Source of the DNA: Heterodontus francisci
Lineage: Eukaryota
Assembly (NCBI RefSeq): GCF_036365525.1
Contig: NC_090379.1
Span: forward strand, 48,912,329-48,976,328
Direction: 5' to 3'
DNA: 64,000 nt
In this document: positions 52,648 through 64,000 of the stretch, one piece after another
Position numbering within the stretch: the stretch's first letter is position 1
How the letters are laid out: every line of letters starts with the position of its first letter
Program-made: the position numbers and the translations under genes
The notes under the pieces: generated by a model
The model's database searches: none
What the model saw: only the letters and a program-made list of their open reading frames with translations
What the model was told of the DNA's origin: nothing

Positions 52648-53815
52648 TTGATTACTTTAAGGAAGAAATGCATCAGGTACAGGCTAGGTACATTCCAACA
52701 AGGGCAAATTTTAAAGGAACCAAAAACAGGGCTCTTTGGTGGATGTGAGAGGTAGAGATTATAATGAAACAAAAAAAAGATGGTGCATGTTGCATGTCAG
52801 ATGAATTCTTCAAGTTGGAACCAGGTCAGATACAATAAGTTGAGAGGGGAGGTGAAGAGGAAAATAAGACTGGCAAAGAGAGAATAGAATGACAATCAAC
52901 ATAAAAGGGACCCCAAAAATCTTCTACCAGCATATAAATAGTAAGTGGGTAGTAAGAGGTGGAGTGTGGCCTTTTAGGGACAAAGTGGGTAATATACTTA
53001 GAGGTACAGGGCAAGGGCAGAATACTTAATGAGTACTTTGTATCGGTGTTTACTAAGGAAGAGGAATTTAACAAAATATCGGTAGAGAGTAGAGGTAATG
53101 GATGGGGCAAAAATTTAGAGGGAGGAGGTGCTGGAAGGGCTGGCTATGCTTAGGGTAGATAAGCCACCTGGTCCGGATGGCTTGCATCCCAGGTTGCTAA
53201 AGGAAATGGGGGTTGAAGATAGTGGAAGGGCTTGCTGTAATCTTCCAATCTTCCCTGGTTACGGGGAAGGTGCTAGAGGATTGGAGAGTGGCAAATGTGA
53301 CGCCCTTATTCAAGAAAGGGTGCAAGGACAGTCCAAGCAACTACAGGCCAGTTAGTTTAACATCAGTAGTGGGTATGGTTTTAGAAACAATCGGAAAAAA
53401 GTCAACAGGCACTTGGAGAAGTTTGAGTTAATTAAGGATAGCCAGCACAGATTTGTAAAAGGCAGATCATGCTTGACTAATCTAATTGAATTTTTTGATG
53501 AAGTGAAAGAGAAGGCTGATAGAATTGTGGTGGATGTTGTCTATATGGATTTTAAGAACGTGTTTGATAAAGTACCACATAAAAGGCTGGTTAACAGAAT
53601 TGAGGCTCATGGAATAGGAGGGTCAGAGTCCAATTGAATAAAAAATTGGCTTAAGGACAGAAAACAGCGAGTTGTGCTAAGTGGTTGTTTTTTTTTAGAC
53701 AGGAGGGTGAATTTTAGGAGCACTTTTTTTTTGCTCTATATAAATGACTTGGATCTTGGAATACAGAGTAAAATTTCAACATTTTCTGATGATACCAAAC
53801 TTGGAGGTGTGGCAA

Positions 53816-54763
53816 TGTTACGACTGAGGCAGGAGTAATGCACCGTCAATTCAGTCCCATTATTCGACAGGCCATAGCATATTAAAATTTTCCCATCTAC
53901 CAGAAATTAGCTAAATTAAACACTTTATTACCCACCAGAATAAAACCGACCAAACCAGGTATCTTAAAACACAAACAAATTAATTATTAATAATCTAAAT
54001 CTTAAACACTATTGAGATAAACCTATATCTAAAAGACTTTATAACTTCCTATTTCTCTTGACCCTAATGCACACACACATACATTCAAAAATCACAGTTA
54101 ACCGGTTTAATAATGATGTTTCTTAAGAATAAATAAGTAGTTGGGTTGAAAGTCCTGTTGATTTACATTCCTGGTTGATGGTGTCTCGGAGTAGAATAAT
54201 CAGGTGCCACTCGAAGTCTCCAGGCGAATTCGACAAACAGTCTTTAAGGGATAGGCGTTCAAAGCACTTTGATTTCAGCTGGCGTCAGACAGTTCTTTCA
54301 ACAAGGAGTATAGCAACAGGTCTATTTGGATTTTTAAATTGGCAGTCTGTCAGTAGAAACATTGCTGAGAATTCCAGAAAACACAAACCGGCAACAGAGA
54401 GTCAATCTTGAGGCAAAGACTTCTTAGAGTTTGGAAGTAAAAAAGGAATTTACTACCTCCAACGATACAAATGTTCTTTTCTGGGATTTTTCTCTCCTTG
54501 GGCAATACAGAGCCTGAAGATAAATGCAGATTTTTCTGCTAAGAGAGAGGGATCCTTCCTTCAGTAAGCACGCTTCACTTGTCTCCTGTTCAAACCAGTT
54601 ATAGCTAGTCTTTACACAGTCAAAAGTTACATTACAACATGTGACCTCCTCTCTCTCCTGCTGTTGCCTCGGAAATAGGTTGCAGCTGCTGGCACACTGT
54701 GCGTCTTGGTTTTTAAAGGCACACTGCATTTAAACAGAGAGAAAAAAAAACAGTTCCATGACA
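53816..54763. mobile_element. Solo LTR
   Basis: TGTTACG...CATGACA with a perfect 4-bp TSD GCAA; splits CR1 (KLGGVA|NSEDD). Confidence 0.85.
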
Positions 54764-56348
54764 GCAAACAGTGAGGATGATACGAATCACCTGCAACAGG
54801 ACATAAGTAGGCTAGCAGAATGGGCTGGCAAGTGGCAGATGGAATTTAATACAGACAAGTGTGAGATGATGCATTTTGGCAGAAGGGATAGGGTGAGGCA
54901 ATATAGACTTAATGGAGTTCTAAAGAGCGTGCAGGAACAGAGGGACCTGGAGTTCATGTGCATTGATCTTTGAAGGTGGTAGGACCTAATGAGAGAGTGG
55001 TTAGCAAAGCGAAGCAAATGGCTTCATAAATAGAGGCATTGAGTACAAAAGCAGGGAAATTATGCTGAGCCTTTTTTTAAAGCTCTGGTTAGGCCCCAAC
55101 TAGAGTATTGTGTCCAGTTCTGGTCACCATATTTTAGGAAAGATGTGAAGGTCTTCGAGAGGGTGCAGAGGAGATTTACCAGAATGGTTCCAGAGATGGG
55201 GGATTTTAGTTACAAGGTTAGATTGGAGAAGCTGGGGTGGTTCTCCTTGGAGTAAAGGAGATGTACAAGATTATGACAGGCTAAGATAAGTTAGACAAGG
55301 AAAAACTATTTCCATTAACTGATGGTACAAGGACTAGGGGACACAGTTTGAAGATTTTGGGCAAGAGATGCAGGGGGAATGCGAGGAAGAACCTTTTTAA
55401 GCAGTGAGTGATAGTGGCCTGGAACACGAGGGTGGTGGAAGTGGAGACGACCAATGATTTCAAAAGGAAATTGGACAGGCATTTGAAGGAAATAAACTTG
55501 CAGGGCTACGGGGAGTGGGACTGACTGGATTGCTCCACAGAGAGCAGGTGTGGACACGATGGGTTGAAAGACCTTCATTCTGTGCCATAAGTGATTCTAT
55601 GACTGACAGTTTCATATTATGAGAGATTCTGATGTGCAGTGGGGAATACTAGTCCTTTTCCCACAAGCAAGAAAGTAAAATGTGGGAAAGTTAGCCAGCC
55701 CACTTTGGCATACTTGTAGTATGGCATTAGGAAATGTCTGGGTCATGGTTAGCTGCGCACCAATTTGGAACAGGGCATCTAAATGGGTAGGGGAGTTAAA
55801 AATAATTTTAGTAAAGTTATATAACTTTAATTTTTACAAAAACCTAAATCTTCCTGTAAAACTGACATATAAAAGTAAAACATTCAACCTAAATGCAAGG
55901 TCACCACAGAATCTGGTCACTTCTGGAGTAAGATTAAATTTTTTAATAAAAATAGGAGAATGTTTATCTTTATAATTAGTAATGAGAAGAAAATTGTAGG
56001 AGCTCAACAGCTTTGAAATATGACTGCTGAGAATATGATTTTTAATGAATTGATTAGAGAAAAATTGGTATTTTGCTGTTTTTAATTTGAAAAATTACAT
56101 TGTCCTAATACCTAAAAATGGAATAGTGTGAATTGAATCAGTTTCTTACCATTTTTATGTCTTTTTGCTTGTGTTTAATAAAATGATTACCTAAGAATAA
56201 AGGATAACAAATGCAGTTCTACGTCTAGTTACTAAGTGTTTGCATGATGATCTTTATTCATCAAGGCAATAAGTTTCATAAACACTTGCCTAGAAATCCT
56301 ATATTCTGCACAGTACTTATGATTTAATTGGTTGTATTACATTTTCAG

Positions 56349-56439
56349 GGAGAAAAAATACTTTGAATGCAGAAGAGATGGCTGAATTTTATAAGGAGTT
56401 CCTTGATATAAATTACAAAAAGCATGTGAACTACAATAA
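56349..56439 (+). CDS. COA8: COA8/APOPT1 coding exon 4
   Basis: TTTTCAG|(G)[29 protein letters not shown](K)|GTAAGT, 91 bp, phase 1 to 2. Confidence 0.96.
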
Positions 56440-57023
56440 GTAAGTAAACCTACTGATAGATTTTTAAGCAGTGTAAGCAATGTAAATGGGTTCATGAAGA
56501 GGCTGAGAATAAATTGGAAGTGCAATAGACTGTATTAAAAGGTCATTTCTTCCAGGACATGAGGAATAAGGTTACTGTAATCATTTGATGACTGTAGTTG
56601 TAAATATTGTGATTAAAAATAAAGGGTGATCTGTAGTTCCCCTTGCATGATGACCTACAGATCACCCCACCAGTACTGAGATCTGCCTGTAAATCTGACA
56701 ACCTTGAGCAAGTTGCATAGGTAGAGCATTTCCATAGTATTGTATTGTTGCATTCCTAGGTGAAGGATAAACCTGACCAGGAATTGTAAAGAGGTCCATG
56801 CTTTCTTCTGTTCACGTGACCCACCTGAAGGAAATTGTGGTGAGGTGAACAATAGCCATATGAAAATAAACAGAAGCCAATAAGATAGAGTTAAAATTTA
56901 TTAAGATTCTGTTCAAAGTTCATTTTAACCTCTTTATAACCAAGATCAACATCTGTTGTCGACAGTTTATAAGTAAAAACAATTCTGTGTTTCAAGGCAG
57001 AAAGGAAATTGCTCAAAAACATT

Positions 57024-57335
57024 AAAATAAAAGCAAAATACTGCAGATGCTGGAAATCTGAAATAAAAACAAAGTGCTGGAAATACTCAGCAGGACTGGC
57101 AACTCTGTTTCTCTCTCCACAGATGTTAACGTTTCAGGTCTATGACCTTTCATCATAACTTGTTCTAACCTTAACCTGAAATGTTTTTATTTCAGATTTC
57201 CAGCATCCGCAGTATTTTGCTTTTATTTAAGTGTTTAATTCACCGTCACTTCTCTTTCAGGAATGCCTACCTTGCAGAAGTTCTGCTCTTCTCTCCGGGA
57301 TTTCTGTTTGTCTCTTTTACTTTGTTCACCTTCAA
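57024..57335. mobile_element. Penelope-derived inverted-repeat insertion
   Basis: Inverted arms AAATAAAAGCAAAATACTGC..CTGAAATAAAAACA and their complement; minus-strand hammerhead-like core at 57125-57160; 14-bp TSD TGCTCAAAAACATT. Confidence 0.8.
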
Positions 57336-57457
57336 TGCTCAAAAACATTGCTAGAAATTGTATTACTCCAAAGTCTACTACCTCAACTAAGTGTAACTTT
57401 GTAACATAGTGAATGTTGTCAAATGAATGTCATTTTCTTCCATCTTCCTTTGATCAG

Positions 57458-57560
57458 GGAATGGTACAAACGTAATTTTACTATCACGTGGTTAATGGGT
57501 CGAGTAGTGCTGCAAAGTGCCTGGAGAAAACTAAGATGGAGGAAGGAAGTCAAACAATGA
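57458..57560 (+). CDS. COA8: COA8/APOPT1 last coding exon
   Basis: pyrimidine tract-CAG|(K)EWYKRNFTITWLMGRVVLQSAWRKLRWRKEVKQ-TGA. Confidence 0.95.
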
Positions 57561-58559
57561 AGATGCTGTTCTGTGAAAAGTCTAATTGGATTTAAATGCT
57601 TGGAGTTGGAATTTAACTTTGCCATGAATATATTGAAATATAGGTGTAACTCTAGTGTCTCACAGTAAATGAATTCTAAAATATACACAATAGTTATCAA
57701 AGTATAATGCCTTTTCTGTTATTGAAAACTTAAATATAAATATACTTTGTTTACATTATTGCGTGTGTATTTTTTTTGTTTCAACCATTGTATTTGTTCA
57801 GCAGCTTCCTGTAGTATGATAACTGATCACATAAGTCCAGCAAGTATGAACCCTTAAATTAATAACAGCAACCAGAAATTATCCTTAAATGAAAGGAGTG
57901 TGTCGTCCACCACCATGAAGAGTCTCTTACACTCAGACGAGCCTGGTTCCTTTGGGATCCCGCTGTCGTTGATCAACACAGAGGAGCTAGGCCAGGTATT
58001 GGCAACCTTAATAATAATAGCCATTTAAAAAATTTTAGTCAGAAGCGCAATATCTTAAGGGCTGCAATGTTGTTTCTCAAATGCCAATAATAATGAAAAA
58101 CAAGACAGACACATTTCAACAACATTTTAAAGGGCTTTACAAAAATGTTAATACTTTCTCAAGTTTAAAAAATCTTTTAATTACTATCCGTGGGTATGAT
58201 CGATCAAGGTTAGGAGTTTACACGAGTCCTTAATGAGTTGCATGCTGCTCTGAAGCAGCAAGTTGCAGATCTCTGAGCTAGGTAGAGCTGGCAAGGCTGG
58301 ATGGTTCCTGGTACCATATGATGTGGGGTGGGAAACTGCTGAAAACTTCACCAATTTAGCTAAGAATTCAGAATTTTCGAGATTTAAAAAAAAATCACAA
58401 TCAGAAAATCTATACGTCATTTAACACTCCATTAACAAAATGTATTTACATTTTACATAAATATGCGTATGATGGTACCAACATTTAGAGCAGTATTGTC
58501 TTGAGTTCAATTGTTTTATGTGCAGATACAACACAATAATTTGAATAGCAAATTCAAAT

Positions 58560-59170
58560 AAAAGCTTGCATTCATAATAGCACCGTTTAATGTAAAGAAA
58601 AGCACCCCAAGGGACGTCACAAATGGAAATTGGCAGGGAAAAGGTGCAAGCTATTTAGGAAGAGATTAGTGGGGGGGATAGCCCAAGTCTGGCCAAAAAG
58701 ATGGTTTTGAGAAGACTTTAAAAGGAACAGAGACAGGTGGACATGCAGAGAAGGTTAGAGAAAGAGTGAAGCTAATACCACCATAGGATCCACAACTGGT
58801 GAGGTAAAGGGAGGGAGTTGTATTTTTTTAAAATCAGAATGAGAGGACTGAAGGATGTGGTGGAAGCTAGTATAAGACTTGGAGGACATTGTAGCGATAG
58901 GTTGCACCAAGACCATGAAGAAATTTATAAGAATGAGTGGTTCATATTTAATATATTGTGGGACAGGGGCCAGTGTATGTCAAAGATGGGTGAATGGGAC
59001 TTAGTGCAGAACAGAATGAAGATGCTGTGTTTTGCACAAGTGGGAGACAATGTAGACAATGGGAGGACATTGAAATAATTGAGTCTAGAAGTGACAATGA
59101 ATGGATAAGGGTTTCAATGACAGAGGGATAGCAATGTTGCACAAGTGGAAATAGGTAAATTTGGTGATGG
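58560..59170 (-). mobile_element. Old L2 LINE fragment
   Basis: ETLIHSLSLLDS remnant; similar to 30300-30830. Confidence 0.55.
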
Positions 59171-59194
59171 TTGGAATATGGGTTCTGATAATAG

Positions 59195-59299
59195 GGTTCT
59201 GATGAAAGGTTATTGACCAGAAACATTAACACTCTTTCTCTCTCCACAGATGCTGCCAGATTTGCTGAGTATTTCCAGCATTTTCTGTTTTCATTTTAG
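59195..59299 (+). mobile_element. Penelope-derived short repeat with a hammerhead-like core
   Basis: GTT-CTGATGA-AAGGTTATTGACCA-GAAAC-ATT-AAC followed by the family tail CTCTCCACAGATGCTGCCAG. Confidence 0.75.
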
Positions 59300-60726
59300 T
59301 TATGAGGTTTTGTTTAATCAACTGTGGAGTGCACAAAAACCTGTCGTTATAATTCAGTGTTCAATTTACTGAGCAACTTATGACTCTATCACTTATCAAT
59401 CCAAACGTTATGCGCTAACGCTCGAATAAACAACCTCATCTGTCACGTTAATGGCGAGTCGTACTATTGGGCATTGTTTATGTTGTATATATGTGTTATA
59501 ATTTGTACATTTTGTACACTACTTGGGTATTAAAATATTAAACCAGAATGCTGGTAGGAGTACACAGGCAGTTGGTAGATCTTGAAATTCTGGAAAAATT
59601 TGGAAACCTCTTAGATGACTTTTATTTGTTCATGGGATGTGAGTGTCACTGGCAAGGCCAGCATTTATTGTCCATCCCTAAGTGCCCTTGAGAAGAATGA
59701 AGGAGGCCATTCTATGCTTGCAGTGCTATTGCAAAACATACATTTACCTTTTGCTATAGAACCTAACCATTGTTTAGGTATGTGTATTTATCCATTTAAA
59801 AATACAGTTTTTATATAAATTGTTATTGTGCACTTTGTCTCTATTTGTTTACAATTGTATTGGTATTTACAGATATGAATTTTAAGGTAGGCTAAATCTT
59901 CAGTCCTGGACAAATCATTTTATCGTTGAATCAGACCAACAAGAACCTAAAATGACCTCCACATTTAAATTTTCCCAACAACAAATATAACTATGCTCTC
60001 TTGCAGTAGTATAGCATTTTAACTGATTTCTGTATTTTATCTCTTTACTGGACATCACCCTCCTTTTACCTCCCTTCATGTCACTTTGTCCTTTATTTAG
60101 CTATAAGTATGATTTTTATTGTACAGTATCTAATTTCTGATTAATGAAAGTGTGTATCTCCATGTCATTGTTAAGTACTGTATTTGTAAAATAAGTTAGT
60201 AAAAATTTTCTCAAATTGGATTTTCTTTCTCCATGCCTTAAGATAGTATCTCATGCCAGTGTACAGTTCTGTAGGTACTATCGTCAATAGCCATACTTCA
60301 TGAATGAGCTAAAATGGTGTCAATAGGCTATTCACCAATTTTAATATAGCCAAGCCACATATCCACATACATCCATTTTCCACCACTAGTCACTGAAAAG
60401 CAATTGGAAGGTGGAGTCCTGATTGGTTTCCGTCCTCCTATCCCTAACTCTGAGGCACTGAAGCAGTTCATTGAAGATATATCAAACATGGAATCTTCTT
60501 GGTCTGAATGGCTCAGTAACATGACTACATCTTGTTGAAGATTTTTAAAAATCAATTACTCAAATAAAATGAGAGTTTTGCTTTGGTAGGATAGCATATG
60601 CTGTGCTGTTTCTACTATTATATTGTACCAGAGAAATTGGATTTGTATCCTGGTTCATCTGAAAATTCCTCATCTTTACAGTGTTGCCTCCACTTGGCAC
60701 ATACTATGTACTTCACCAGAGGTGGA

Positions 60727-61051
60727 GGCGCAGTGGCTAGCACCGCAGCCTCTCAGCTCCTGCGGCCCGGGTTCGGTTCTGGGTACTGCCTGTGTGGAGT
60801 TTGCACGTTCTCCCTGTAACCGTGTGGGTTTCCTCCCACATGCCAAAGACTTGCGGGTTGATAAGTAAATTGGCTATTGTAAAAATTGTCCCTAGTGTAG
60901 GTAGGTGGTAGGAGAATTGAGGGAAGGTGGGGATATGAGAGGGAAAATGGGATTAATGTAGAATTAGTATAAATGGGTGGTTGATGGTCAGCGTGGACTT
61001 GTTGGGCCGAAGGGCTGTTTTGGTGCTGTATCTCTCAATGACTCTATGACT
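60727..61051 (+). mobile_element. HE1-type V-SINE
   Basis: Same family, plus orientation. Confidence 0.85.
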
Positions 61052-61805
61052 AATTCAGAAACTGAAATACTAAAGGTTGTTTGATTGTATCTCTTCTAAT
61101 TGATCACAGAGCTAACTTGACAAACTTTTGAAAATGTGGATTGAATTTGTGGTGGATTTTTTCTGAAGTCTACACTCTTTTACTCCCAAAATAAAACTGC
61201 TTATTGCAGGATAGCCATCCTCTGCTCTGCTTTTGAAGCCAGAGCTTTAATATGGCTTGTCCAATTCAACTTCTGCTCAATGGTGATCCCCATGACTCGG
61301 CAATGCTGGTGCTGTTGACGGTCCTTTACAAGACCTTGGGTCGTGCAACAGTTATCTACCACTTGGCAGCCCATGACTAGATGTTATGATGTAGGTTGGC
61401 ATGAGTTGCTGCTTAGCCACTTATTGTGAAGTGATTGGCAATTTGGACCTGAACTACCCTGCCTCTCATTTTACCTATTTTTCCCACTTTGCCCCACCTC
61501 ATTTTCTTGCCACACTCTCTTACCCAATTTTGACTTCATGTACCTCTCCTTCCTGTGTACATGCCTAATCCTAACCCCATTCATTATTACTTCTGCTAAA
61601 CTTCTACCTTGTACAAAGGGGCATAGGTTCAAACCTGGATGAAAAAAGATGACTGCACAGTTAATATATAACTTCAGGCAAAGGTTGGTAAATATTGAAT
61701 AACTAACTAGGGAGGCAATGTAAGCAAAGGATGTTTTAATGTTTTGGCTGACAGGGCGATTTGAAATGTATAAAGTCTGTGATTTTTTTTTGCCTTACTT
61801 GATGG

Positions 61806-62698
61806 TGTTATGAACGCTGGACCTTGTAACATGATTATGTTTTAAAATTGTGATTTTTAAAAGTTCACAATGGAATCCGGAAGGCAAGGTGACCTCACCT
61901 CCAGTCTGTGAAAGGACAAGACAGAAGTCTTGGTTAGCAGGACAACAGAGAACACAGATCAAAGACATTCTTTTGAAAAACAGACTGCAGGGCTAACAAC
62001 TGAAGAAAAATGGGTTTTGTCCTCCCAGACTTTCAGGTTGTAAAATAAGGAGTCAGTAATTCAGAAGATGCAAATGTACCAGGCAGATTTTAACACCTGG
62101 GAACAGTGAATGATCCAAGTGCCTCTGAAACCAGACTTCTGGATTCTGTATATTGGAACAGTACAATAAGCTATGGACTTTGAATCCAGATAGATTTAAC
62201 AGACTTTCTGAAAGCAGACGGGCAGATGGTTGCAGCCTCACAGTAGGCTGTAAGAAAGGAAGACAACCAGCTGTGGCAGCTTGAGAGAGAGGGAACACCT
62301 GCTCTCAGAAGCCAGAAAGGGTGCAAAGTCTTGAAACTGTTTTGAAAGTTGAAGTGTGCGGAGAAATAGAAGACCAGCAGGATCACCAGGAAACTCCTTA
62401 TGGATGTCCAGGTCGGAAGTGCTCGGAGAACTGAGTGAAGAGGACACTGATTTTTGAAGAGGTCTGGGAAATGCAACTCATTGCAACTGGGAGGAGTTTG
62501 GGACTTTTAACCGCAGGATTTTGCCATCAAAAATGACTAACATATAAGCATGTGAGGTTTTCAAATATTTTAACAAAGGTATTTCCTTTACATATTTAGT
62601 TACAATAAGTGTTAAAACATGAAATATTGTGTAATTCTTGAAGTTGGTATGTGGGTTCATATATTGTCCACATTAATGATCTCATTGAAGTCATAACA
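61806..62698. mobile_element. Solo LTR
   Basis: TGTTATGA...TCATAACA inverted termini; flanks ATGG/GTGG. Confidence 0.65.
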
Positions 62699-62704
62699 GT
62701 GGAA

Positions 62705-63400
62705 GATCAAAGGGCCCCAACATCTTGGCTATTGTGCTGAGGTCTTGTGCTCTAGAAATAGCTGTGGCTTTAGTAAAGCTGTTCCAGTACAGCTACGACA
62801 CTTGCATCTATCTGATGAAGTGGAAAATTGCTCATAGGTCAAAGCCAATTACTATCCCATAAATCTCATCTCAATCATGAACAAAGTGAAGGAAGGTGTT
62901 GACGATAGCTATCAAGTGGCATTTACTCAACAGTAGTCAGCTCATCAATGTCCAGTTTGGGTTCTGCTAGGACCACTTGGCTCTAGCCCCCTTTACAGCC
63001 TTGCTCCAAACACAGGCAGAAGAGCTGAATCCCAGAGGTGAGGTGAGAGTGACTGCCCTTGATATCAAAGCGGCATTTGACCAACTGTGGCAGCAAAGAG
63101 CACTAGCAAAATTTAAGTCAATGGAAATCTGAGGTTAAATTCTCAACTGACTAGAGTCATACCTAGCACAAAGGACGTCACTAAATCTAGTCAAGGAGAG
63201 AGAGATATTTCTTACTGCCAAAGGGAGCAGGGTACTGAATTGGACGATCAACCGGCATCTTTTCTGAATGGCAGAGCAGGCGTGAAGGGTCTACTCCTGC
63301 TCCTAATTTCTATGGTTCTAAGATGATTGGCCTCCAACAACCACAATCATCTCAGCCCAGGGTTACTGTGGCAGGAGTTCCTCAGGGAAGGCCTAGGCTC
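62705..63400 (+). mobile_element. Second CR1-group LINE RT fragment
   Basis: ALDIKAAFDQLW and GVPQG remnants; similar to 36560-37130. Confidence 0.75.
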
Positions 63401-63574
63401 TAAACAAAAGTCAGTAGCCGATTGATTTGAAACAAAAACAATGATTTGAAATCATTCCTAAATTGCAGGCTTAAGCAGATAAATGTTGCGCAGCAATTAT
63501 AGCACCCAGTGTGAAAGGTTTTTTGTGTGAGTTCAGCAACCACAGAAATATGCTGACTCGAAACCTGCTTTGCC

Positions 63575-63900
63575 GAAACCACAAACCTCCGGCTTCATAA
63601 TGTTCACTGCCGGATGCTGCCAAGAGCCGGGGATGCGCACACGCACACAGTCAGCCCTCCCCGCAAGGCGGGGACGTGCCCGTGCCCGCGGTCAATAAAA
63701 GAGGCGCGTGGACGCGCACAGTCGCTGACAGGGCGGGACAGTGGTGTGCGCGCGCGCGCAGTCAATCCAGGCGGCGGCGTGAGGGTGACGTTAGAAGGTT
63801 GCCGGGCGGTGAACGGTGGGAAGGGAGGAGGCGCCATCTTTTGCCGTGAAGCCACAGGGGTGGAGGCACTGTGAAGAGGGGGGCAACGTTCAGAAATATC
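63575..63900. promoter_or_regulatory. CpG island / promoter of the next gene (KLC1 expected by synteny)
   Basis: Dense CpG; GC boxes (GGCGGGG, GGGCGGG); (CG)n at ~63748-63759; YY1-like CGCCATCTT at 63832. Confidence 0.7.
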
Positions 63901-64000
63901 TAGAACGTTCCGTTATACAGTTAGATTTGGCATGAAACTATTAGCGACGGCCTATAATAATATTAAAACCCCGGCTCGGAGTGTCGTGACTTCTTGATAT

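Larger units (their letters stand above)
50825..55605 (+). mobile_element. Long decayed CR1 ORF2 (endonuclease to 3' UTR) carrying three nested inserts
   Basis: Collinear endonuclease (IMETWLK, GVFYQPPN), PGPDGLHPRLL, NYRPVSLTS, YMDFKNVFDKVPH and WQMEFN..KC; tail TTCTATGA. Confidence 0.88.

Noticed and set aside
63604-63874. ORFs on both strands in the distal CpG island
   Set aside because: Typical GC-rich spurious ORFs with no family similarity.
1-64000. Prokaryotic systems (CRISPR arrays, operons, rRNA)
   Set aside because: The sequence is vertebrate; no repeat-spacer array or rRNA is seen.

Overview
Eukaryotic, repeat-rich DNA, almost certainly from a cartilaginous fish (shark/ray): it carries HE1-type V-SINEs, Deu-domain SINEs and many CR1 LINEs. 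Two host genes lie head-to-head on a shared CpG-rich promoter at ~32.9-33.45 kb. BAG5 (minus) has a single coding exon at 17178-18524. COA8/APOPT1 (plus) has five coding exons from 33223 to 57560 (208 aa) and appears only partly in the ORF track. A second CpG island at ~63.6-63.9 kb is probably the next gene's promoter (KLC1 by synteny). The rest is nested mobile DNA: CR1 and L2 LINEs, SINEs, a SCAN-bearing Gmr1-like Gypsy element, several solo LTRs, a decayed Harbinger transposon with its MITEs, and a hAT MITE. The most notable hidden signal is a family of short Penelope-derived repeats carrying a minimal hammerhead-ribozyme core (CTGATGA-stem II-GAAAC-GTT). Some of these form long fold-backs with clear target-site duplications (TSDs). 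Repeat boundaries are approximate unless a TSD is quoted.
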